Shown: piece by piece, positions 1 through 13,392 of the stretch
Layout of the letters: the number at the start of each line of letters is the position of its first letter
How positions within the stretch are numbered: position 1 is the first letter of the stretch
Source of the DNA: Octopus vulgaris
Taxonomy: Eukaryota
Assembly (NCBI GenBank): GCA_951406725.2
Contig: OX597833.1
Location: 57,598,001 to 57,662,000 of the forward strand
Direction of reading: 5' to 3'
DNA: 64,000 nt
Made by a program: the position numbers and the translations under genes
Notes under the pieces: model-generated
Told to the model about the DNA's origin: nothing
What the model saw: only the letters and a program-made list of their open reading frames with translations
Databases searched by the model: none

Positions 1-349
1 ACTAAAGGTGGTGCTCTAGCATGGCCACATTCAAATGACTGAAACAAGTAAAATAGTAAAATAGTAAATAGTATACAGACAAACAGACAGAGAGGCCGAG
101 AGATACGTGGCTAAACTAAAGAACACCATCTACCAAAGTAAATTCCTGGAATAGAATCATATCTATTCGTTTTCATGGAAAACTTTTGGAGGCTTGGTTC
201 TTCCTATACATAATACCATATGGTTGCCAAATATTTAATACGATCACTTTGCGACGTCCAGAGCGTTGCAGATAATTGTCGACTGATAACATTAAGCAGA
301 TGACATAACAATATCCTGAATGTGTAGGGGACCACTAACCTTGTTTCAA

Positions 350-737
350 AATTAGGCACATGTCTAGCAATTTTAGAGGAAGCAGTGAATCGATTACATC
401 GATCCCTGTGCCATGACTGGTACTTATTTTGATACTTATTGATTCCGAAAGGATCGAAGACAAAATCGATTTTGGCAGAATTTGAACTCGGTAACTATTC
501 TGCCAGCTCGCCACCTTATGGAACCACTAGTATGATTTCAGATTTTGATTCAAGGCCAGCATGTTCAAACGAGGGGGATAAGTCGATTACATAGACCCCA
601 GTGCTCGACTGGTACTTATTTTATCGATTCTGAAAGGATGCAAGGCAAAGTCGACCTCGACGGGATATGAGACGGACGAAATGTTGCTAAGCATTTTGCT
701 CGGCGTGCTAACGATTCAGCCAGCCCACCGCCTTAAT
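350..737 (-). mobile_element. Two tandem degenerate copies of tRNA-derived SINE family B (Deu/Nin-like central domain)
   Basis: Reverse complement of GGCGGCGAGCTGGCAGAA...GAGGTCGACTTTGCCTTTCATCCTTTC..GTCGATAAA..AGTACCAG, matching the better copy at 58642-58871. Confidence 0.75.
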
Positions 738-1067
738 GGAACCACTAACATTTGTAACAATAACCGCTTGATAACATTACCCATGATTACAATAAACAAC
801 TCCTACTATAACTGTATTCTAACTCTAAATCTTATTGTGTTTTCATTACGAGTTTTTCCATCTTGTTTACTCAGATAATAATCGGCTGATTATGATGTAC
901 CAATCGATATACAACACTGACTGTAATACGCAATAATTGCAATATCTGGTCGATTAGCCTTGACTTCTATATCAGTTCATATTGAGACGCATTAGCGTGT
1001 AAAATTGTCAATGACTTGAAGGTGGTGGGGTGTGTTGCGTATACATCTATTCACGATCATCTTTAAT

Positions 1068-1445
1068 CTTTTATCTTTTACTTGTTTCAGTCATTAGACT
1101 GCGGCCATGTTGGAGCTCCGCCCCGAAGAATTTTTTTGGGCTAAACCTGATACTTATTTTATCGGTATCTTATTGTCGAACCGCAAAGTTACAGGAACGT
1201 AAACACACCAACACGGTAGCGGGGGATAAAAACAGACAGACACACACACATACACACACGCACACGCTTACACCCCGCCAAACACGAAAAGCCTCTTTTA
1301 GTTTCCGTCTATCAAATCCATTCACGAGGCTCTGGTCAGCCCGAGGCTATAGTTGAAGACACTTGCACAAGGTGCCAAGCAGAGGAACAGAACCCAGAAC
1401 CATGTGGTTTGGAAGCAAGCTTCTTGCCACACAGTCACGCCTGTG
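1068..1445 (-). mobile_element. tRNA-derived SINE family A (internal CA/TA microsatellite), diverged
   Basis: Same head (GGC..GTGGCTGTGTGGTAAG...GGTTC) and tail (CCAGCATGGCCGCAGTC..TGACTGAAACAAGTAAAAG) as many other copies in the window. Confidence 0.85.
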
Positions 1446-1702
1446 CTTAGTTGATTGTTGATGTAGTGGTTCCATATTCTGGCACAAGGCCAGCAAGTTA
1501 GTGGGGAAGGAGATAAGTCGCTTTGAACCCGCGACCTGTTCACAGACAAAATTCTGTGCTGCATCTCTTGTCAGTGAACAGGTCGCAGTTTCAAAGCGAC
1601 GAAAATATTTTGACACAAATTAAATTTTAATGTTGAAGTTAATCTAACGGTTTTTGTATGTTTTTTTTTTTAAGTGGCTTATAAACACTTTCCACGCGGC
1701 AA

Positions 1703-1998
1703 TTGTTGTTGTTTGTTCCTTCTCGAGCCATGCCTGGCTCATAAGGGCCGGTTTCTCGGTTTCTTGGCGTATAGGTTCCCCACCTGGACGGGGCGCCGGT
1801 CCGTCGCAGGTGAGCTGCAAGATGCAGGAGGAAAGAGTGAGAGAAAGTTGTGGCGAAAGAGTCAGCAGAAGTTTCGCCATTACCTGCTGCCGGAGCCGCG
1901 TGGAGCTTAGGTTGTTTCGCTCATAAACACATACATCGCCCGGTCTGAGATTCTCGACCGCGAGTCCGCTGCTCTAACCACTAGGCCGTGTGCCTCCA
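1703..1998 (-). mobile_element. SINE with family C tRNA head and a different 3' tail
   Basis: Head GGAGGCACACGGCCTAGTGGTTAGAGCAGCGGACTCGCGGTCG shared with 34166-34554; tail CCTGCGACGGACCGGCGCCCCGTCCAGG...GGCTCGAGAAGGAACAAACAACAA unrelated to the family C tail. Confidence 0.75.
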
Positions 1999-2007
1999 CA
2001 ACGCTGC

Positions 2008-2048
<41 letters not shown>

Positions 2049-2065
2049 CAGACATACATATATAC

Positions 2066-2162
<97 letters not shown>

Positions 2163-2248
2163 GGTGAAATTAATTAATTTGGAATAATCATCAATTTCAC
2201 CAAGTAGATTTCGGCATGTAAAAGCCCCATTCAAGGAAAGTTTAAGTA

Positions 2249-2577
<329 letters not shown>

Positions 2578-3110
2578 GATACAACGGAGAAATATATATA
2601 CGCAGAAATATACGTAAATATACGGACACATATTTACGTACACGCGTAAAGAGACGAGTGCAGCACAAAAGCAACTCCATGAAGTAAATCAGAAACAAAT
2701 CTTATAGAACCGAGCAATAATTCTAAGGGGAACATTTATGAGATCCTTCAGCTGGTTTATATATGGCTAGATAAGGGGTATAAGAAGAAGATAAGGGGGG
2801 AAAAAAGGGTTTCCGAGTAATGTGCTGAGCACTTCACTGCCCCTTCCCTCCTGCTGGTGCAAATTAGTCAACGTTATCGTTATCTGCTGGTTAAATCTTT
2901 CTACTATACCGGATATTATGTATGTATGTATGTATGTATGTATGTATGTATGTATGTATGTATGTATGTATGTATGTATGTGTATGTGTATGTGTGTATG
3001 TATGTATGTATGTATGTATGTATGTATGTGTGTGTGTGTATGTATGTATGCATGTATGTATGTGTGTGTGTATGTATGTATGTGTATGTGCATGTGTGTG
3101 TGTATATATA

Positions 3111-4406
3111 CGAGGGGCGTTCAATAAGTAATGCCCCTGACCCACTTCCCATTGCAGTAGAGCAACGAAACTTGGCACAGGTATTAGTCTTTTTCAGCAT
3201 AGGAACAACCCAGAGTTACGCATTTCTCCCATCGTTTGATACAGCTCTGGAGACCGTTTTCATAGAAGACCCCAGCTTGGTCCTCCAACCACGACGTGAC
3301 TTCAGAAATCAAGGCTGCATCACCTGGGACACGCTTTCCTTTCAAAAACAACTTCATGGCTGGGAAGAGGTGAAAATCAGAGGGTGCAAGGTCAGGAGAG
3401 TAGGGGGATGGGGGAAGTGTTCATAGCCGCACGCCTGTGCTTCTGATCTGGCGACACGCGAGTTGTGGACCGGAGCGTTGTCCTGCAGGAGGAGGATGCC
3501 TTTGCTGATCTTGACCCGCCTCTTGGTTTTGATAGCTTCTCTTAATTTCCTCAAAAGTGAAGCATGATAGGCTCCTGTAATTGTGGTACCCTTTGCCAAG
3601 AAATCTGTCATCACTACTCCGTCCTGGTCCCAGAAGACTGTGAGCATGACCTTGCCAGCGGAGGGCTGCACCCTTGTCTTCTTTGGAGGAGGTAAGTCAT
3701 GGTGCTTCCACTGCATTGACTGGGCTTTGGTCTCTGGATCATGGTGAAGGACCCAGGTCTCATCCTGTGTAATCAGTCTTTTGAAAAATTTTGACTCATC
3801 TTGGCACATCCCTAAATTCATCCTCGAGCGCTCGACGCGTTCTTGCTTCAGGAAAAGTGTGAGCAATCTCGGAATCCCTCTGGCAGACACCTTTTGCATA
3901 TGCAAATGGTCATGAATGATAGTTTCCACAGACCCGGTACTAATCTTGACCTCATGGGCTATTTGGCGAATAGTTATGCGTCCATCTTCCAAAATGGCAG
4001 CCTCAACTTGACGGACAGATGCCTCATCAATGGCAGAAGGGGTGCGACCAGCGACCAGATCTGGGAGCTGTTTCCACAGAGTTCCGACCATGTTTGAATT
4101 CACGATGCCAGCGTTTTACAAGGTCATATGATGGGGCATCATCACCATAAGTTATTTTCATTTCATCAAAAGTCTCCTGTGGTGTGCGTCATTTCAAATA
4201 CAAAAACCGGATCACTTCTCGACACTCAACAGGCTCCATTTCCCACTTGACTCATTTCAAACACATGTAAATCAGAAACCACTATTAGTTCGGAGCTGTA
4301 ATTTGCCACTTAATCTATAGAGATATAAATAATTACACATGCAAAATCTCAGCTAGATCAATCAACGGCAAGTGGGTCAGAGGCATTACTTATTGAACGC
4401 CCCTCG
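3111..4406 (-). mobile_element. Full-length mariner (DD34D) DNA transposon
   Basis: 37-bp TIRs CGAGGGGCGTTCAATAAGTAATGCC(C/T)CTGACCCACTT with 1 mismatch, TA on both sides, ~1.3 kb. Confidence 0.97.
3184..4239 (-). pseudogene. Disrupted mariner transposase
   Basis: Starts MEPVECREVIRFLYLK then in-frame TGA; motifs TQDETW, QDNAPVH and (after a frameshift near 3410) YSPDLAPSDFHLFP; second frameshift near 4050; ends EKD-TAA. Confidence 0.93.
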
Positions 4407-4558
4407 TATATATATATATGTATGTGTGTGTATGTATGTATGTGTGCGTGTGATGGGAGTGTGCACGCGTGCGTGTATGTGTATAGTGTTTGAATTGGTG
4501 CTGCTGTTACATGAGAATATATTAGTGTATGGACTTGCACGTATGTATGTATGTATGC

Positions 4559-4596
<38 letters not shown>

Positions 4597-4629
4597 TATA
4601 TTTCAAAGCAGCAAAAAATTCAACAAAAC

Positions 4630-4667
4630 CTGTTACTCTGAGTTTCACGTTCCCGTTCGTCGGACAG
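4630..4667 (-). ncRNA. Minimal type I hammerhead-ribozyme-like motif, CCGACGA core variant
   Basis: Minus strand reads CTGT-CCGACGA-ACG.GGAA.CGT-GAAA-CTC.A.GAG-TA-ACAG; helices I, II and III all pair; truncated second copy at 57116-57146. Confidence 0.65.
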
Positions 4668-5250
4668 TTATTGCTAGAATAGAACCGATATGCCAATTCT
4701 CTCAAGACTAGTATAAACGCTACACCTTTAAAAATGGACTTGTTTGATTGGTCCTTTCAAATAACGGTCATATTCGAGCGATAAACAAAAATGAGCTCAA
4801 TATAAAAAATATATAAAATTTAAAAGTCGAGGAAAAAACCTTACATCGAATCTTTGGTTAAAATACATATTGTCATTAATAAAGAAAATATAATTAATAC
4901 ATGGAAATTGAAATTAAAATATTAAAATGCATTAAAATATTACACAACAGTACATACTCATACTAAACTATACATATATACATCAACATACACAGATAGA
5001 TGTGCGCAGACCACATTTAGTTTTGTATTTATATGTCTGTATATGTATGTGGTCTGCGCACATCTATCGCATTTTCGTTTGGTTACACACATTCATGACA
5101 CATGTATAGATAAGCATCACATATATGCATATACACTTTCACATAAATATACAGTACATGTGAATAGATGTACGCATATATATGTACGTCCAAACATACG
5201 CATACACATATACATCAATCTATTTATCTATGTATCCAACAATCACTTTT

Positions 5251-5330
<80 letters not shown>

Positions 5331-6157
5331 GCATACATACATATATAATGCAAATTCCTAATTCATATGCTACAAATAATGGTCACGACATCTGGGATTA
5401 TAAAAGTCAGCAAGACCTACATATGTGTATGCGTGTGTGTGTATGTGTGTGTGTATGCTTGTGTATGTATCTATGTATGTATGTATGTATATTAACAAGA
5501 TTCCTGCTTTTAAGTTGCATTCTTGATGTATATTGAAAAATAATTATACGCACAAACACACACCTGCACACACATACACACACAAAACACACATGCACAC
5601 ACAAAACACACATACGCACACATATATACCCAACCAAACACGAGCACATATATGGATGTGATGTGAGTATACAAATATAACACACATAAATACATGCATA
5701 CACACACACACACACACACATACACATACACACACACGCATACAAGCATCTTGATTTTCTATTTCAAATAAGTCTCTCGAATATTTCTTTTCAAGACCCC
5801 CTTGAATAAATGTTTATGTCGTAATCATGAATAGGGTTAGGAAAAGGGTTAGAGATTTCCGTCACCGGGTAGAAAAAAAAGAAGAAGAAGGAACGGGTAG
5901 GTAGGATTGAAATAACTCATGGTGGAAAATTGATATTTTCACAGCATCCAGAATGATAATGGTTTTGAAAGCGACGGTCTATAAACACATCCAATGGCGT
6001 GGATATTAGCACTTGTCTCCGACAGCCTGCATGCTTGTGTACATATACATACATACATACACATACATACAGGCATACATACATGGATATGTATAACTTA
6101 GCAAGAAAAGAACTGTGATGTTTGCGTGTATGTGTGTGTTGTGTAAATACATACATA

Positions 6158-6250
<93 letters not shown>

Positions 6251-6625
6251 GAAATATGTTACGAAAAGAAAATGTAAAATACACGTGGAAATGTAAGGGT
6301 AAAATGTGAAAAAATCAACGAAAATGCATATTGCAAATAAAAGAAGGCTATTTATGACAGGTAGTGACAAATATATACATTTAGATTGACTGAGGTAGTA
6401 ATACGTGTCATAAAGGTCATTATTATGAGATGATTACAAGATGATAATAAGTAAGAGAACAAAACGAACCAATGGTTTAGGCGAAATCGTTTGAACAACA
6501 CCAGTTAATATATATATATATATATGTATATCCCTACATATCTCACATCTATTTTCTTTCCTCCACCTCACTCTCTATTTTGTATCCTACCTAAATTAAC
6601 TGTTACATAACCATCCTCTCACACC

Positions 6626-6677
6626 GTCTCCGATGAAAGGATATAATTAATAAATATCCTAGAAACAGCTGTAAGAC
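6626..6677 (+). ncRNA. Minimal type I hammerhead-ribozyme-like motif, CCGATGA core variant
   Basis: GTCT-CCGATGA-A-AGGATAT..ATATCCT-A-GAAA-CAGCTG-TA-AGAC; 7-bp helix II, palindromic helix III, GUA triplet. Confidence 0.65.
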
Positions 6678-6743
6678 CTTCTAGCTATAAATGTTATAAT
6701 ATCTACACAGCCTTGGTTTTTCATCTCATTACGCAACATTTCT

Positions 6744-6814
<71 letters not shown>

Positions 6815-7183
6815 GTGCGTGCGTGTGTGTGTGTGTGTATGTATTTATATATAAAATCGTTTAAAGTAACTAACAGAAAAATGTTCTTTATTTGGCTTAT
6901 CGGAGGGAGAATTCCGTAATGAATAAGAAGAGAAAAACCTAACAAAAAAGTTCTTTATTTATTTAGTTTATCGGAGGGAGAATTCCATAATGAACATGAA
7001 TATAGACTTAGAGCTATAATAACTACAACCTATATTACCCCCATAGATATAGAGTTAGGCTATACTAATAGTAGATATCAAAATATTAGTTTTTCAGAAA
7101 TTCCAGGGTATTGAGAGATTCCAGCATCCGAACTGCGAGAAACACTCAATACCATCATTTACCCATTTACATACATATATACA

Positions 7184-7359
<176 letters not shown>

Positions 7360-7442
7360 TATACATATGTATGTATGTATGTATGTATATACATATATGT
7401 ATATGTATATATACAAGTATATATATATCTATATATATCTAT

Positions 7443-7651
7443 AAAGTTAATCCATACAAGAACGCATAAAAAACACAACAACGCGAGGACGTGGAACAAA
7501 TATAGTATTATTGGACGTTCAGGAAAGAAGGAAAGAAGGAGGGTTTAACGTTTCGAGCGGAGCTCTTCGTCGGAAACATAGGAGAAGGAAAGATCCAGAG
7601 AAGGGAAGACAGAGGGAAAAAAAATCGCCAACGGTACACACGCGGTCACAT
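7443..7651 (-). mobile_element. ~200-bp Penelope-like non-autonomous module (family E) with a hammerhead-like motif at 7543-7577
   Basis: Near-identical to 11503-11692 and 61913-62121; abuts (TA)n; contains GTTT-CCGACGA-A-GAGC.TCC.GCTC-GAAA-CGTT-AAAC. Confidence 0.7.
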
Positions 7652-7658
7652 GTATGTA

Positions 7659-7689
<31 letters not shown>

Positions 7690-7699
7690 GTGCGTGTGC

Positions 7700-8560
7700 G
7701 CAACTACAACTTTACTGCCTGGAGCGAAGACGCGACAGATATGTAATAATTGACATATGGAAGATTCTGGAAGGTCTAGAACCTAATTTCGGCATTGAGG
7801 GTCATACAAATGTCCGAACTGGGAGCCGTTATATTGCACCAAAAGTACTGTCCATTCCATCAAGTTTCTCTAGCAAGAATTGCAACAACGTAGTGTTCAA
7901 AGACCCACAATTCTGTTAGTGTTCAAAGGCCTTGCCGCAAAAATGAAGAAACTTGCATAATGTGGATGTAAATGTCTTCAGAAAGGAACTTGGCATTTTC
8001 CTCTCCACAGTACCGGATGAACCAACCAACGGCCCGGTATGAGGCGGCGAGCTGGCAGAAACGTTAGCACGCCGGGCGAAATGCGTACGTGTATTTCGCC
8101 TGCCGTTACGTTTCGAGTTCAAATTCCGCCGAGGTTGACTTTGCCTTTCATCCTTTCGGGGTCGATAAATTAAGCACCAGTTACGTACTGGGGTCGATGT
8201 AATCGACTTAATACCTATTTCTTTATTACCCACAAGGGGCTAAACACAGAGGGGACAAACAAGGACGGCCATAGGTATTAAGTCGATTACATCGACCCCA
8301 GTGCATAACTGGTACTTAATTTATCGACCCCGAAAGGATGAAAGGCAAAGTCGACCTCGGCGGAATTTGAACTCACAACGTAACGCAGACGAAATACTGC
8401 TAAGCATTTCGCCCGGCTTGCTAACGTTTCTGCCAGCTCGCCGCCTATGTCTGTTCTTGTTTGTACCCTCTATGTTTAGCCCCTTTGTGGGTAATAAAGA
8501 AATAGGTATGAGGCACAGATGAGAGTCGCGGTCTCAAACTCTCTCATACACAAAACGGGC
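7700..8560 (+). mobile_element. CR1-like LINE ORF2 3' fragment interrupted by nested SINEs
   Basis: LYCLERRRDRYVIIDIWKILEGL...VFRKELGIFLSTVPDEP; resumes after 8505 as EAQMRVAVSNSL. Confidence 0.8.
8042..8505. mobile_element. SINE B (+) containing an inverted full SINE B (-, ~8216-8447)
   Basis: Plus copy is split at CCTAT; GGTATGAGGC occurs at both outer junctions. Confidence 0.85.
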
Positions 8561-8801
8561 CAAAAATCAAGGCAAAAAAGCACACACGGGAGTGGTGATG
8601 TGAAACCCCACCACCCTGGAGAAATCAGCCAAAGAAGAATCACGCGTTAGAGTGCAAAAATCACCTTCTTGCTCCAGCATGACCGCGGCTGCATGATCGA
8701 AACGAATAAAAAAAAATAAATGAAAATACCTTGTATTTAAATCTATTTAGCACGCTAAACTAGGAGTTTGATCTCACGCACCGAGATAAACGTATTAAAT
8801 A

Positions 8802-9201
8802 CTAGCAGTATCGCCCGGCGTTGCTCGGGTTTGTAAGGGAAATAACTATATAAGCATTTTTAGAGATGTAAAGTATAATAGCCATCTCAATATGGCTAAC
8901 CACAAAGGGGGGTGTTACTGTAGCTTTTTTACGTTCTGAGATTTAATAATAAAATTTTAGAGAGTTACTTCCCTTATATATGCCAAAAATGCATTAAAAA
9001 TGGGAAAAATTGATGGTAATTTTTTTTTTAATCGTAGCCTCATCTTAGACGCGCGCTAATACCCAGAAGGGCTCGATATGAATCACGACTATAAGATACC
9101 CGCTTTTGGTTAAACTGCACCGCAAAATGTGGGAGTAGTTAGGAATCTAAATCGGAGGAGACAGACTCTCACACACACAACTTCTCTTTTATATATAAAG
9201 A
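8802..9201 (-). mobile_element. Non-autonomous Helitron
   Basis: Minus strand starts TCTTTATATATAAAAG and ends with hairpin CCCGAGCAACGCCGGG then CTAG; inserted at A|T; second copy at 31142-31534. Confidence 0.85.
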
Positions 9202-9631
9202 TATACAAACATTGAAGCATCACAGAGCAACAAAACACACATAAATCCATAAATCCAGCAAATCTAAAGGGGCAAAAACCAAAAACTACACCTGCTACCT
9301 TTGACAGGTGCTAATTAATCTCTGGCTAACAGTGGACTTTATACTATACGGGAAATGATAAATGGGAATGAAACGCCTCATTCCAATTTCAAAATTTATC
9401 TCTAAGAAAACATTTTAATATGACGAAATGACTTATGATTCGTATTAATACCTGGTAAATGTCTCTCTTGATATCAAGAATATATTGGAAAGGAAATTGC
9501 AGAAAATTGTTATCTACAGGTGAGTATTAATATCTGGAAATCTGAAAAATACCTCAAGCTTAAAATAATTTAAGTACAGGAAAATAGTATTTTGGTCATA
9601 TATAACGAAATACATACACACGCACACACAA

Positions 9632-9664
<33 letters not shown>

Positions 9665-9870
9665 CATACATATATATATGTATGTATGTATATGTGTGTG
9701 TGTATGTATTTCGTTATGTATGACCAAAATACATACACACACACATATATATATACATATATATGTATATATACATAAATATATATATATACATATGTAT
9801 ATATATACACATATATATATATATATAAATATATATACATAAATAAATATATATATACATATATATGTAT

Positions 9871-9928
<58 letters not shown>

Positions 9929-9931
<3 letters not shown>

Positions 9932-10295
9932 TGGTCGTATACTGTCACCTTAACGTGACAGTCCCGTAAAGGGAATTACACCACCGTTGTTTAGCCCTAG
10001 GAAGCATCGACGCTTCCTGTCGGCCTTGAAACGTATATATATATATTTACAAAGTCTAGACAGATATCTTCAGCTAGCAGGCCTTTGCTACTCTAGACTG
10101 ATGATGGGCAAAGACCCAGAAACATGCGTGTCTCTAGATGCAGGCCTAGCTGTTGGGGGTGTTTGTCTCCCCTTCGTAAATATATAAGGACACAGGAAAT
10201 GTGTCAAGAAGCGTCGATGATTCCTAGGGCTAAACAGCGGTGGTGTAATTCCCTTTACGGGACTGTCACGTTAAGTTGACAGTATACAACCACTT
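9929..10295. mobile_element. Foldback element with 91-bp inverted arms enclosing a hammerhead ribozyme
   Basis: 9929-10019 vs 10205-10295 are reverse complements with ~5 mismatches; follows (TA)n. Confidence 0.85.
10071..10152 (+). ncRNA. Canonical type I hammerhead ribozyme with extended, bulged helix I
   Basis: TCTAGA-CTGATGA-TGGG.CAAAGA.CCCA-GAAA-CA.TGCG.TG-TC-TCTAGA (10092-10138), GUC triplet; helix I extends via TGC/GCA, AGGCC/GGCCT and CAGCT/AGCTG. Confidence 0.85.
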
Positions 10296-10434
10296 TATCT
10301 ATTTATTTATTGTATATTGTTTAGATAAGTTTGGTACATATTCTATTGGTATCTGTTCCAGAAACGCTAATTTTAGGGGGATGTAAACAAACCAACATAG
10401 TCTGGACAGCGGCTGGGAACAAACAAAAACTTGC

Positions 10435-11080
10435 ACACACATACATACCTACATACATACACACACTCACACATACCGATTTATACACACGCAACTACCA
10501 ACCTACATACATATATACATATATACATGCTTACATACATACACACACACATACATACATACATTCATACACACATACATACACACACATACATACATAC
10601 ATACACACTCACACATACCGATTTATACACACGCAACTACCAACCTACATACATACATATATACATACATGCTTACATACATACACACATACACATACAT
10701 ACATACATACATACACACACACATACATACATACACACACATACATACATACATACATACATACATACATACATACATACATACACACATACATGCATTC
10801 ATACACACACATACATACATACACACACATACATACACACACATACATACACACACATACATACATACATACATACATACACACACACATACATACATAC
10901 ACATACATACATACATACATGCACACATACATACATACATACACATACATACATACATGCACACATAATGCATACATACATACATATACACATACATATA
11001 CACATACATACATACATACATACATACATACATACATACATACATACATACATACATACACATACATACATACATATATA
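10435..11080. repeat. (CATA/CA)n compound microsatellite with an internal tandem duplication
   Basis: ACACATACCGATTTATACACACGCAACTACCAACC occurs at ~10470 and ~10611. Confidence 0.9.
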
Positions 11081-11164
11081 CAGATTATATAATTGACGAA
11101 GAAACTAGAAATTATGCACTGAACTTCACTAGCTTACAGTTGTTTCTGCTATAAGATGCAATGC

Positions 11165-11410
11165 CTCCAACATTGCTTGAAAACCGATGGTGGTATGTTA
11201 ACGTCCCTGTAACTTAGCGGTTCGGTAAAAGAGACCGATAGAATAAGTACTAGGCTTACAAAGAATAAGTTCTGAGGTCGATTTGCTTGACTAAAGGCGG
11301 TGCTCCAGCATGGCTGCAGTCAAACGACTGAAACAAGTAAATGAATAAAAGAATATATAAATGGCGGTGCCCCAGCATAGCCACCGCTCGTGAGCTGAAA
11401 CTAGATAAAA
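11165..11410 (+). mobile_element. SINE A 3' half with a second variant tail
   Basis: GGCGGTGCTCCAGCATGGCTGCAG tail followed by GGCGGTGCCCCAGCATAGCCACCG..GCTGAAACTAGATAAAA. Confidence 0.75.
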
Positions 11411-11418
11411 TAAAATAA

Positions 11419-11500
<82 letters not shown>

Positions 11501-11502
11501 AT

Positions 11503-11803
<301 letters not shown>

Positions 11804-12080
11804 TGTATGTATGTATATACACACATACACACAAACGACTGGCTTCCACACAGTTTCCGTCGAACTAAAAGACACTTGTCGAAGTTGCCGCGCAGTTGGA
11901 CTGAACTCGAAACTTCGCGGTTGCAAATTGACCATCGTAAATACTCAGCCATAAATGAAAAGAGTATGTGCAAAAAAGAGGGGGGGGAGGAAAACAACAC
12001 AAACAGAATATTGTATTGAAACATCTCCGTGTCCATTGAGAATCGTTGACATCCACTCGAAACAATTTCGGTAAAGCTGC

Positions 12081-12246
<166 letters not shown>

Positions 12247-13009
12247 CGCATCTTACTTTCGGCTACTACAAGTTTATCATATTTGGAGGCCTAACTTTGT
12301 TAGAATTACTATTATTAACTACAGTCTGTCGAATTTCCGCATAACTTCATTGGACTGAAGACCTTTCTCCGTCACCGCTTGATATCTCGAAACACACAAC
12401 ACGCCTCGCTGACACTAGCTTAATAACAGCTATTACACGCAATCATACACAAATTATTAGATATTCGTTCCACGTCTAGGAGAAAGACACGTACACAATT
12501 CAACGACGACAACTCGAGAACCACGCTGACTGCTAGGAAGGAAAATGCAGACATTCCACGCGACAGAATTTATTGTCTTGTCTGTTGACGACGATCGCCT
12601 TCGAGCAGCTGAAATCAAATTAGCATTTTCACATTAAATTAGGTAATCCTGTACATGGAGTGCTTTAAACCTACGTAAATACATATGCTGTGTTCATCCT
12701 TAACAATACTAATGTGTCGTCTGCTGGAAGTACAAGCAACAAAGATGGCGGTGTTAATATTAAAACTTAAATCCCCACCACTCTCTCTCTCTTCCTCTAA
12801 TTCCCTCTCTCTCTCACTCTCTCTCTTCCTCCCTCCTACTTCCCCATGGCTATCTTGTCATCATTGGCTTACTTTCTTTCCGTCTTTGTTTCCTCAATTT
12901 TATTTCCATTTCGTCCCACACTAACGGTCGTTTTCTTCTTTCTTTCTTCTCCCTTTATTTTCTTCTCACCTCTTACCTGTTCTTCTTTTTCGTCTTCCGT
13001 TTCCTCATT

Positions 13010-13097
13010 CTCTTCTTCTTCTTCTTCTTCTTCTTCTTCTTCTTCTTCTTCTTCTTCTTCTTCTTCTTCTTCTTCTTCTTCTTCTTCTTCTTCTTCA
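13010..13097. repeat. (TTC)n microsatellite
   Basis: Direct reading. Confidence 0.98.
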
Positions 13098-13111
13098 TAA
13101 TCGTTCTTTTC

Positions 13112-13392
13112 TTTTTTTGAGAATTTTTTGAGAATTTTGATCAAAATTTTCATCAAAATTTATTAAAAGTTTTTGAATATATATATCAAAATTTCTGAAA
13201 ATATTCATCAAAATTTTGGAAGGTTTTTTGAAAATTTTGATCAAAATTCTTGAAAAGTTTTTTGAAAATTTTGATCAAAATTTTGGAAAGTTGTTTTGAA
13301 AATTTTGATCAAAAGTTTTAAAAGGTTTTTCGAAAATTTTCATCAAAATTTCTTCAAAACATTTTTGAAAGTTTTCATAAAAATCTTGCAAT
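13112..13392. repeat. AT-rich ~33-bp minisatellite (GAAAATTTTCATCAAAATTTTTGAAAAGTTTTTT)
   Basis: Repeated TTT(C/G)ATCAAAATT units; same motif recurs at 26163-26340. Confidence 0.85.

Noticed and set aside
12355-12395. CTGAAGA...GAAA possible hammerhead
   Set aside because: No pairing for helices I-III
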